Source of the DNA: Basidiobolus ranarum
Lineage: Eukaryota
Assembly (NCBI GenBank): GCA_040143965.1
Contig: JASJQH010000011.1
Location: forward strand, 1-57,112
DNA: 57,112 nucleotides
Direction: 5' to 3'
The stretch's first letter is position 1, and each line of letters begins with the position of its first letter. This document shows, in pieces, positions 9,573 to 20,708 of the stretch. A program made the position numbers and the translations under genes. The notes beneath the pieces are model-generated. The model was not told the DNA's origin, searched no databases, and worked only from the letters and a program-made list of their open reading frames with translations.

Positions 9573-10634
9573 TTAATAAATCAATTTTGCAAGTTCTGCT
9601 GGTTGTAGTAAGATGATTAGTGGTCCTGCAAGTACAGATGCCTCTGTAGGAGCTCCTGATACATCAGATATGACCGCTAGAATGACTCCTTTGTTCTCAA
9701 AGTCTTTGGGAATCATCGAAGAATTGGTTTTTGTATCAAATGGCATGGAGATATTTAGTAGTCCGTGGAAGAATACTGCGTAATAATCCTTTCCCTCTTG
9801 AAAGTTGGGTACAAGGGATGGATTACGATACGAAAAGGTGATTGGCAGCTCTGGTGCTAATAACGTAGAGTTGGAGACGTATGAGAGCTGGGGTAGATGC
9901 TGGGATGGCTCGGGATATGTAGGATTCTCCTTAGGACAAGAACCAGGGACAATAAATTCATTGGTAACATCGAGAACTTGATTTGCATAGGGAAAGACAG
10001 TATCAGATGGTCCACCAAATGGATCAGCTTTCCAAATATCGATGAGGCCCCAAGTTTCGTGACGGGATTCAGTTTCCGCTATTGCTACTAGGACAGCCTT
10101 TGTAGTATTTGTTTGTGCTTGTAAAATGAGTCCAGTCAGAAATGCCATACTGGAGATCTCAATTATGGTACTCAACGCCAGAAATGAAGCTGCTGAAGTA
10201 AAGCCATAGTTATATTTGCACGCTCCAGGTTTCACTGAGTTACTAGAAATTTGATTTTGAAAAATACGTAAGTGACCTGCTTCATTGTTACGGATCTCTT
10301 GGATGCGAGAGTAGGTGGTGTTTGGCCATTCAGTAAAATTGGCAGCGGTGAATACCTCAACGCCTTGTTGATAGAAGGAGAATATGGCCCATTCTGCACT
10401 TAACAAGTTTTGGAATAGTAGATCGTCAGGTCCAGGGTTACCTTGACTTGTCGAAAGTATAGGAGCAGTATGGTTACCGGGGAAGGGAGGGGCTCTACCG
10501 TTGTAGCTGTTGTAAGATGAGCTTTCGCCTGGAATAGGACCGTAGCTAGGATCGCTGATATTTGTGGTGGGAAAGGCTTGCGAAGTAGAAAGCGTGAAGG
10601 CTAATGCAACGGCAATAGATATGGATGAGAACAT
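9573..10634 (-). CDS. Secreted ferritin-like domain protein (Rds1/Ferritin_2-like), 353 aa
   Basis: Signal peptide; LSAEWAIFSFYQQG, IRNNEAGH and IAETESRH give the E...ExxH...E...ExxH four-helix di-metal pattern; intronless. Confidence 0.8.
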   Translation of the reverse strand: MFSSISIAVALAFTLSTSQAFPTTNISDPSYGPIPGESSSYNSYNGRAPPFPGNHTAPILSTSQGNPGPDDLLFQNLLSAEWAIFSFYQQGVEVFTAANFTEWPNTTYSRIQEIRNNEAGHLRIFQNQISSNSVKPGACKYNYGFTSAASFLALSTIIEISSMAFLTGLILQAQTNTTKAVLVAIAETESRHETWGLIDIWKADPFGGPSDTVFPYANQVLDVTNEFIVPGSCPKENPTYPEPSQHLPQLSYVSNSTLLAPELPITFSYRNPSLVPNFQEGKDYYAVFFHGLLNISMPFDTKTNSSMIPKDFENKGVILAVISDVSGAPTEASVLAGPLIILLQPAELAKLIY

Positions 10635-11149
10635 TTTGGATATAGCTCAGAATCTTGACAACAAGACTTACTTATAGTGCACTTAACACCAGTGAAATAC
10701 CCAAGTAGATGCATGACAAGACTTGCTTAGAGATTGTAATGTTGAATTCTTGGCATCATCTACTATTAACCCAGGTGGATGAAATGTTTACCCGTGAGCG
10801 GAATGACTGTTTGTGAGCTAACTTGGATATGCCAGATTAGTGGATATCTGAATATTGGCATATTTCCACGCTGGCAACTATCCTAATTTCTAATGATCGC
10901 TCTCTTGCATAACATCACAATCACTAATTTGACTAAATAAGGTGTATGGAGTTTAATTTTACCTTCAGCATGCAAAAAAGGCACGTGTCCCAGAGGTCAC
11001 ACTGATCACTAATCCGATGGGCTAAGCACAAATGAGCAAGAGTCACCAATTAGATGACTATTTTTCCATGTAAATAATACACACCAACTAAATCGATAGG
11101 TTGAATAAGTGGCACCTTTAAGCATAAAGCAGTGGTGAAGAAAGCGCAT

Positions 11150-11990
11150 TTAGCTATAGCTACTTTCCTAACACGTGTAGGCTTCCAGAATCCACTATGT
11201 GACAAGAATTCTACTACTATAGTGATAGTCCATATAGTGGATGTATTTTCATTGTTTCTTTTAACTAGATCTACAGAGAAAATTAGATCAAATGATGGGT
11301 CTTATTTGTGTTAAAGTATTTGGAAGCCTGTTGGAAGTGGTTTGGAGAATGAGAGAAATTGGTGGTTTTCACTTATTGATTTATTGAGTATTCAGTTGAC
11401 ATTTATAGTTTTGTCAAGATGTAAGCAAACTTACTTGTAGAATGTGTTAAGGAAGGTCCCAGGAACATGTGTGCAAAGTTTGGGGCTCCTAGCACAAGTT
11501 TGAAAAATCTATATAGCTGAGAACTTCTAAGTTGGCATCAATATTCGAAGTAAATTCCTTATGAGAATAATGGGTAATATCTTAGTTCTATATAAGATAA
11601 CTAAGTACTAAGCTATATATGACTATATAGATGTTTAGGCAATGCTAATTTCAACAATTTGAAAGTAGCTATCATTTCCACGAACTAACAAACAGGCTTT
11701 ATGTGCAATTACTAAAAATAGTAGACAACTCTAATTAGTATTAAAAAGATAAGGCAGATCATCTATCTAAATCCTGATCTCAGGTGGGTTTGACATGCAC
11801 AATGAATTCAGGAAGGTAAGTATATCTATTCATTGGGAGTCAGCACTGGAACTGATAGCGGAATATATTTGTAATATTGATCCTAAAGCAACCATGATCC
11901 TAGAAAAAGCATTTGATTACACTGGAAGAAAATTCCCTTCAAATATACATGAAATGCTGTAAACTACCAAACATCCTTTTTACTTATGGA
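11150..11990 (+). pseudogene. Decayed paralogue of the downstream DJ-1/PfpI gene, split by a solo LTR
   Basis: 11150-11240 encodes LAIATFLTRVGFQNPLCDKNSTTIVIV vs LAMITLVTCVVGHNNPLGHNNSTTIGIV; ~11760-11875 (CCTGATCTCAGGTGGGTT...GGAGTCAGCACTGGAACTGATA) matches exon 2 at 13151-13250 with stops. Confidence 0.75.
11309..11656 (-). mobile_element. Solo LTR (348 bp), copia-like termini
   Basis: TGTTAAAG...TTTCAACA termini flanked by a perfect 5-bp duplication ATTTG (11304-11308 / 11657-11661). Confidence 0.9.
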
Positions 11991-12617
11991 GCAAACTTTG
12001 GTTCGCAGTTTTACATCGTAAGCTGAATAATAGACTATGGTCTATAATATGCTTTACTTATCAATTATGTATGTAGCTCAAATATGCAATGTAATAAAGC
12101 AATCCTAACAATGTAAAACCTAATCTAGTGTACCGAACATAGAAAATGGCCAATTCTGGGCCTAAAAATAGCAAAAGGAGTCATATATGCAATAGGATGC
12201 ATGTGCGAACTATTTACTCACACAGGCAATAATGTGACTTCTACTCTGCGGATGATAGTTAAAAATTAGTAATGGTAGGGAGCATAGTGTAGGGGGCATA
12301 TATTGATAGACATTACTGCTTATTTCATCAGCGGCCCATCGTGATGGAAGGACAACCTTAATAAAGGGTAAGAATGTAATTAGATAATTTGCTGATAATA
12401 ATAATAATAGTGATAATGAGCCAAAAAGGAAAGTATATAGTCACACGTTTTGCAAGTTGTTTACTTGGTAGAAGTCAAGATAGAAACTAATTGCATTAGT
12501 ATACAGTAATTAGCCCACTTGGACGCCTATGTCTCAACTGTCACTAGAAGATACTTATAAATCTTATAAGAACAACTGCACCAAAAGGAGGCCATACTAT
12601 ACTTTGAACACAACGCA

Positions 12618-13392
12618 ATGCTTTTGAAAATCACTCTAGCAATGATCACCTTGGTAACTTGTGTAGTGGGTCACAACAATCCACTGGGCCATAATAATTC
12701 TACTACCATTGGGATAGTTCTATATCCAGGATTTGAGGAACTGGATGTATTTGGACCTCGAGCTATTCTTTCTTTTAACAAAACTTACTTGATTACCGAG
12801 AAACCTGGTATCGTTGAATCACGTACTGGAGCACAATTGAAGGTGGACTATCATTTCCAAAATCATCCTCAGTTTGACGTCCTCATGATACCCGGCGGTA
12901 TCGTAAAGCAACAACTTACGAATCCGGTCATAATACAGTTCATTGAAGAACAGGCAAAAAAGGCCCAGATAGTTTTAACTGTATGTACTGGAAGTGCTCT
13001 CCTAGCGAAAACTGGACTACTTGATGGGTTGAAAGCAACCACTAACAAAATGGTTTGGTCTTCAGTTACCTCGAGATGTATGTTAATTAGTAAATATGTT
13101 AAGATATAGAATGCAAGCCATAGAAATAATCATGAATTTTATTTATCTAGTTCCTGAAGTCAAGTGGGTTAGGCATGCAAGATGGGCTCAAGATGGGAAA
13201 TATATCTCATCATCTGGAGTCAGTGCTGGAACTGATATGGCGACATATTTCGTCCAAAAGTATCTCGGTGAAGAAATACTTCATATAAGACTTAACTTTA
13301 CAGAATACATCTGGAACAGTGACTCCAACAATGACCCATATACTTTTGCTGAAATGGATTTTCCACCCGATACCCTTTCATACATTATTTAA
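12618..13392 (+). CDS. DJ-1/PfpI (ThiJ/InhA-like) protein with signal peptide; 2 exons, intron 13078-13150
   Basis: GIVLYPGFEELDVFGP, DVLMIPGG, nucleophile elbow VCTGSALLAKTGLLDG, ATTNK; GT..AG splice restores SRFPEVKWVRHARWAQDGKYISSSGVSAGTDM. Confidence 0.9.
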
Positions 13393-13589
13393 TTTATTTC
13401 AATAAACACTGCCTTTCGCTACATTGTACCACCTTCTCTGACGAAAATCTCGTTAATAAAGAAAGAAGCAATGCTAGCCAGTAAAGAGGAAGCTCTTTAT
13501 ATATAAATTTTTTATAGATGGATACATGTATACGAGATTATCAACACTATATGAAGATATAGTTTTCATAGTATCGATCTATTGCACAA

Positions 13590-15266
13590 TTAGCTTGTTG
13601 GTTGATAACCGTGTTCGGCAGCAATCTCGTCCATAGAACGACCCTTGGTTTCGGGAACAAGGAAGTAAATAAAAGTAAGAGCAACTCCGTTGGTTACTGC
13701 AAATATAATGAAAGATCTAGCTCCAAGGGAAGTGATTAACGTTGGGAATACCAGCACTATAATCGAGTAACAGCTTAAACAAATGGCATCAATACAAACT
13801 CTAACTTCAATAAGAATCGATCACATTATACTAACGCCCAATTTACGGCCGTTGCGGCCGAGACCACGATACCTGCCGCCCAAGTCGGAACTAGCTCGGC
13901 GATGATCATAAATGGAATGGTTGCCGACCCAATACTGAAGCTGGATGTGTAGAGGAAGACTATAAAATAATGTTAACGCGTGTCCTAGAAAGGTAAAGTA
14001 ATAAATCTCACCAGCTATTGTATTTAAAATCACGTTATTAATAACATCTCCCACTATAAGTAGAATACATGATACTAGCATTCCTCCAGTACTAAGTAAT
14101 AGTAAAGGACGACGTCCACTTCTATCAATTAACATTGAAGAGCATAGATTAAGCAGGACATTGAGTGCCGCAATGCAGATAGTCATATAAGGTGCAAGCT
14201 GGGAACCTAAGGTTTGTCTGAACATCGTCGTGGAATAGAGAGTTACTCCGTTAACTCCTGATAGTTGTTGGGAGACGTGCAGTCCTATTCCAACAAAAAG
14301 CATTTTTCGAACATATCTATCGCTCATTACCGCTTTGATCTGATCCCCTAAAGATGCACCCTTAAGCCTACCCGATGAATGTACATCATCACATTTAGTG
14401 CTTGTAAGCATATCCTTGAATTCATGCTCGATATAGCACCCTCTTCGGAGTTTCTGTAGGGATTCTCTAGCGTCAGATACTTTTTCTTTCGATAAGAGAT
14501 ATCTAGGTGTTTCGGGGCAGAGAGTAAGAAGCGATACCTGAAGAATGGCAAACCCAATTGTCATAGCAAATAAGACCCTCCATAACGGCACTGTAGCAAG
14601 ACCAAGTCCAGTAAGCTGGGAAATTAAAATTCCTAAAGCGATGGAAACTTGTAGTAACGTTCCCATGGCCCCACGATACCTAATAGTTGAAGTTTCAGCA
14701 ATATAGATGGGCCCAACTACGGTGGATGTACCACTACCAAGACCAATAAGAAATCGGCCTATTGCAAACATGGCAGTATGAGCTGACAACCCAATCAAGA
14801 GCCCACCAAAGATGAAATTTAGATTGTTGTACACAAGCGTTGTCTTTCTGCCCAATCGATCGGCTATAGGACCAGCAATGAGCCCACCTATCAATCCCCC
14901 AATTTGCATGATTGCAACGTTGAAGCCCCTTGATCCGTTTGTGGATGACATTAATAAGTAGGAATATATATATTAACGAATTGAGACCCTTTACCAGAGT
15001 AAGTCACCCATAGGTAGACAGGCTGGAAATGGCCCTGAGCGAATGTCTGTACATTCTCGAACCACCTTTTCTGCGATATTCGGAGATCCAGTATTCCACC
15101 CTTTGTTGAATGAAGCCATGGTGACTACCAAAACAGATAGAAAAACCACAGGAGTCATGCCCTTCTCTCGTGAATCGAGGATGCTATCACTTGTACTCGA
15201 AATCTCCAAGTCTCGCTTGGAGACATCGGAAGAGGTTTTTTCGTTCTGGATGGACTGGGAAGACAT
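13590..15266 (-). CDS. MFS sugar porter (GLUT-like), multi-exon
   Basis: GWNTG, ADRLGRK, GRFLIGLG, PIYIAE, PETPRYL, QQLSGVN, DRSGRR, VPETKG motifs; first intron 14994-14929, two more short introns near the 3' end; stop TAA 13592-13590. Confidence 0.92.
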
Positions 15267-16815
15267 TGGTTGTACTTTACAATTGCTGGGTAGCTCTTAT
15301 ATAGTTCTTCTCTACAATGACATAATGTGTTACCCTCATAATACAGCGTTTATCTGAATCAGTTAACAACGGTTATAGGGAAGAGTTCTCGAAGAAAGTT
15401 AATCCTGTGCGAACAAGAGGCTTGTCCATATGAACGGGGGTACAGAGCCAATTGCTTGTACAATAATCAACTGTTGACTTAATGCGTTGTAATATTAAGT
15501 ATGAATTCCCCACGCTAATAACTGCTATCTACGGCACATGATAATCCATTTGGATGTATTGCTAATGAAACCACTCTGACTCCAACCACACCCTTTATGG
15601 AAGAATTGTACTGTCTGTATTTGTCTTCGATGTAACTAGCAGTAGCATCTATAAGTCGGAAAATCAGTTTTAGATAGTTCTCTACGTCAGAAGGCGGTGA
15701 TATCTTATGGGTTCGGGAGAATGTTGTACCGAGTTCTAAATACCTATGAGTTGTAGCGATCGTTCTTGAAGAATCTAAACATAGTATCTTGTCATCTGAC
15801 ATATAATAGGATCTATTAGCAATGGTATCGGAGTATCACATTTGAGCCAACAACTTGCTTTAGTCAGCGAAGGAAAACAAATCTGAACAAAAGGATTACT
15901 ATATACTAACGATTGGATGCAGCTGACAGAGAAGCTAAATTTGACTTAATCAGAATCTAAATAATAACCTTTGATATTACGAATCTACTACTCTTTGTCA
16001 CGTACATTTGTATTCATTACATTTAGTGAATTCGCTTTGAGCTCAATATTTTTTTGCGCTGAAGTTGTTGATTCTCCGATATCTTTCTAAACATTATATT
16101 CAGAAAATTCAAACTTATGATACTATGCCTTTGCCATTTTTGTTGCGTGTTTTATGTAAATATTCTTTGCCTACACTAAGCATGGAATATTGATGAGTAT
16201 GCCAGAATTTCTGATTAGTAGATTTATCTGTATAGACAACTATTACATACTTCTTAAATATAATAATAATGATGTTTGTCAGTATCCCAGCCATCCAAAG
16301 TGCTTCCTGGATTCATTCACATGGTTTACTCTATGTGCATGAAAAACATGACAGGATTTGAGATAAAAATGGTAACAAACCTGTGGTGTTTCCCTTATGT
16401 TTCCCTTAGGTTATGTTAATTTCAACCATAACCATGTTTTGGTTGAAATATCAGAATTAAGCACTTAACTACTCAAGCATCTTATTTAGCATAGTCCATA
16501 TTTCAAAAGTGAAAGTTATCATATATATTTAGGATTTAATAAAATTATCTTAAACACTTCCGATTCATCTCAAATACTGGCAACAGTTTGGAGGTTATAT
16601 TCTACCACCTGTAATGACAAAGAAAGCCAAAAAATCATTACTTGCAAAAAATTATTTACAAAAATGTGAGGCCAAAATTGATTCACTGTACTATGAATAC
16701 AAATATATATATCATAAGTGTTAAAGTATTTGGAGTAGTGGGATCCCTATCTCAGCATCAAAAACTGTTATTTGGTCTTTGATGGTAGGCTATGTGACAA
16801 ATATCAAGTTGGATC

Positions 16816-17164
16816 TGTTGAAATTAGCATTGCCTAAACACCTATATAGTCATATATAGCTTAGTACTTAGTTATCTTATAGCTTACTAAGATATTATCA
16901 ATTATTCTCAATTGGAATTTACTTGGAATATTTTTACCAACTTAGAAGTTCTCAGATATATGAATTTTTTCAAACTTGTGCTAGAAGCCCCAAACTTTGC
17001 ACACATGTTCCTGGGACCTTCCTTAACACATTCTACATGTTAGCTTGTTTACATTTTGACAAGACTATAAATGTCAACTTTCTACTCAATAAATCAATAA
17101 GTGAAAACCACCAATTCCTCTAATTCTCCAAATCACTTCCAACAGGTTCCCAAATACTTTAACA
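16816..17164 (+). mobile_element. Solo LTR (349 bp)
   Basis: TGTTGAAA...TTTAACA; flanks GGATC / GAATC (5-bp TSD, one mismatch); internal TATATA and AATAAA suggest this is the sense orientation. Confidence 0.88.
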
Positions 17165-17283
17165 GAATCATGAAGCCAATGTAGAGATATTGTGACTTGA
17201 AAAATATATGCAAAAAGATGAATTAGTTATGAGCGCTAGTGAATTTGAAGGCAGTAAATTAGACAATACCTGAGCACTGGATG

Positions 17284-17612
17284 TGTTAAAGTACTTGGGA
17301 GCCTGTTGGAAGTGGTTTGGAGAATTAGAGAAACTGGTGGTTTTCACTTATTGATTTATTGAGTATTCAGTTGACATTCATACTTTTGTTAAGATGTAAA
17401 CAAACTAACGTGTAGAATGTGCTAAGAAAGGTCACAGGAACATGTGTGCAAAGTTTGGGGCTTCTAGCACAAGTTATCAAAATCTATATATCTTCAAACT
17501 TCGAAGTAAATTCCTCATGAGAATGATGGATAATATCTTAGTTCATTATAAGATAACTAAGTACTAAGCTATATATGACTATATAGGTGTTTAGGCAATG
17601 CTAATTTCAACA
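17284..17612 (-). mobile_element. Solo LTR (329 bp, small internal deletion)
   Basis: TGTTAAAG...TTTCAACA with perfect TSD GGATG (17279-17283 / 17613-17617). Confidence 0.9.
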
Positions 17613-18285
17613 GGATGTTCTTTGAACGGGACTTGACTCACTAGATTGGGTTGTCATTGAGATTATCTAACTATTATCAAAATATGCAACTAGGCATGAT
17701 ATGTAGTAGGTATATATTGTACTCAACATTGTTTTGGGGTGATAGTTTCAAACTTCTGAAATAGAAAGAATATAAAGTGAACTACTACCTTTTGCTACAC
17801 TTGTGGACTTCACTACTGATGTCTTCTGTGAGCACTAGTTAAACGTAGAGAACGAAAATATTACTTCTAACACCTGGATAGAAAGGCACAATAACACTGT
17901 TATTAGTGTTAGTACTTTTATCACTATTGGTATTCCATTGACTATCGCTATCCGGTGTGAAATCCAAATCACATCACTCCGACGACCCTTATTCTACAAC
18001 GACTATGATAAGCATTGCTTTAATCACCACTTGAGGGTAAATAGGACTTTGCTAGCCGATAGTGTTTCACTTTCTCACTATTCCCACTGTTTGTCACAAC
18101 GTATTTGTAGCACCTTAAAACAATGAATTAAATGTGAATTCTTTCCATTACTAGAAAGTATACAGTTAAATGGAAAGTCAAATTGTGTAGCCATTAGGAT
18201 GTTATTTTTTCCATTTTTGATCTTTGAACAAATGAAGGATGGTGAACCAATAATAGGCATTTTATTTTATTATCATTAAACGGGT

Positions 18286-19746
18286 CTAGTGAGTGAAAGA
18301 TTTCTTATTCACCCAAGTGTTCAACATATCTAACGAAGCTTCTGGTTGATCATATGGCACCATATGTCCAGCTCCAAATATGCGAAGGAATGTCAACTTG
18401 CCATGGGTTCGAACCTCACCTGCCTTGGTTCCATTGACGGTCCAGAGAGTATCTTTTGCGGCATTAAAACCACGCTTACCAGGCCAGTTAACATCCAAAG
18501 CAACAGCTTTGTTACCTAACCAGTTACAAATAAAATCGGCATCTCCAGCATACACTAAGACACGAATTCCCTCCTGAAGTAATTTGGGGATACGATCAGC
18601 ATAGTTAGTCATACTATCGGGAGTCTTGGAGAAATTCTCCCCCACGGTATTGCTACAAGAAGAAAATTTCCCAACTTCCTTGGCAACGCCCAGTTCAGCT
18701 CTAATCTCTGGACGATTCAACCAGATATCAATCCCTGCTTCAATAGCATAACAAAGATCACTTCCAGGGTCACAAGGCTTGCGAATATCGTATGGATTGA
18801 GTCCAGTATTATAATAAACATTCTCAATATTTTCTTCACAGAAATCAGTAGCTGCCTTACAGTTTTCAAATGTATGTTCGCGATAGCATTTGGTAGCCAA
18901 ACTATAGCACCTGGGGTAGGCAGCATTCATCTTGGCACAATCTTCTTTACTTAAAATCGCACCATATGGACCACCCTCACATACCTGTGGAGCGTAATAT
19001 TTCTCTTGAAGACGAGGATCGATCCAACCATTTCCAATACCAATACTCTTGAGATGAATCTTTTTCGAGTTAGGAACTCTCTTGTTATTATGTACAATAT
19101 CCTTGGCAATTTCGGGAATATAATGACCAGCATAAGATTCACCAAATACATGGAAATCTTGCTTGGAATATTGTGGATATGTCTTGAAGAATTTACGAAG
19201 GAATGTGTCAACATCAATTCCACTTTGTGCGGTGGTGGATACGTTAGCTCCCCATGAGTAACCTACTCCTGCAGGTTGGTCCAAGAAGATGACATTAGCA
19301 TTCTTGTTCCATGAGTGAGGGTTGAAATCCACTCCTGAACCGTCTGGTTTAACTCTACATGGACCCAACTCCATCAGAAGACCAGTGAATGAGCTGCAAC
19401 CAGGGCCACCGTTCAACCAAAGGATCACTGGATCAGTGGAAGGTTTATGACGTGACTCAAAGAACCAATAATAGAGATGCTTTCCGGAAGTGACATCTAT
19501 GTATCCAGAATACTACAAGAAATTGTTTAGTCTTACACATGAGATATTTAACGAACCAAATCTTACCTGCTTGACAGAAGCATCACAAAGTTTGGGCTGT
19601 TTAACTGAAAGCTGATTATGGCGGGCCACAAGACTACGCGAAGATACCTCAGTTGTATCCAGAGATCTCTTGAATGCCGGAATGGCTTGGAAGTTGTAAC
19701 CCAAAGCCACGGGAAGTAAGGCAGCTATCAACAAAGAAGTCTTCAT
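18286..19746 (-). CDS. Serine carboxypeptidase S10 (carboxypeptidase Y-like), signal peptide, one intron (~19568-19513)
   Basis: MKTSLLIAALLPVALG; LCDASVKQ|YSGYIDV; WLNGGPGCSS; FLDQPAGVGYS; catalytic GESYAG, GDADFICN, AGHMVPYDQP. Confidence 0.93.
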
Positions 19747-20708
19747 GATTTCAATAGATGAAAGAGTACTCACGATAGAATTTATAGCTCTCATTGATAC
19801 ACAACTAGGTAATATCCATTTGCTCGGCATGTGTTATAATTTCCTTTACCCTAGCTATTTGTGTTAAACCGTGATTGTGGAATTGCTGTCCAACCAAGGT
19901 GAAGGTGTATAGATGATTTCGTTCCATTTAGTGCTACTCCACAGTACTATATTGGACTTATCACGCAATTTTGTAGAATATTGTTCAAGGAAGATTCTGG
20001 TTTGTCAGTTGTACACTTATCGCTTGTAACCTATTGCTAGTTTCATTCATAGTAAAGGCAAAGGAAGTGGATCTTTTTCTTAATGCTTTTCTCGTTTATG
20101 CCTCGATACCATACAGTAGCATCTATTATTTGTTGTATAAACAAACGCTATTTTCTCACCATATGTCATCCTAATATATTGCAACCTGAAGCATTATGCT
20201 ATCGTATATTACCTCTTATACTACTACCACACGTGCACCTCATCTTGGAAGGTAAATCCATGAGGGGAAACACTGGGAACTTAACAGTTGAATCAACCAT
20301 GTATAGATCATTTGCATTCCATAATAGGTTGGCCAGTATCTCCAGTTACATTGCTATCATAATAAGATGGCAGTCATTTCCAGATACACTTGGCATCTAT
20401 ACACATACATATAATCGGAAATATTCTAAATGAATTGGATCATCTATTTACAGATATTTCTTAATTAAATTAATATATTACATGAAAGTATGGTCTTTTC
20501 AACTGGGTAGGGGGTAAAGGGAGGGAGAAAGGAAAGTAGACCAAAGATAAGATAAACATTGGGAAAAAGAAAGAAAATCTGTCAACTTGACTCTATTTCA
20601 GTTAATTGGGGAGGATGAGAGGGAGAAGGAGATGGAGAGAGAGGAGGGGAGGGGGTTTACTTCAAATGAGCAAAATTCCAATGATCCGTGTTTGTGAAAG
20701 AAATCCAT

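Noticed and set aside
15515-16700. Short ORF 15515-15802 and coding-like AT-rich stretches
   Set aside because: No motif, splice pattern or paralogue in the window to support them
16719-17164. Apparent 446-bp MITE with 15-bp TIRs (TGTTAAAGTATTTGG...CCAAATACTTTAACA)
   Set aside because: Flanks show no TSD, whereas the 16816-17164 boundaries match the other copies and have a 5-bp TSD; better read as a solo LTR next to a stray terminus
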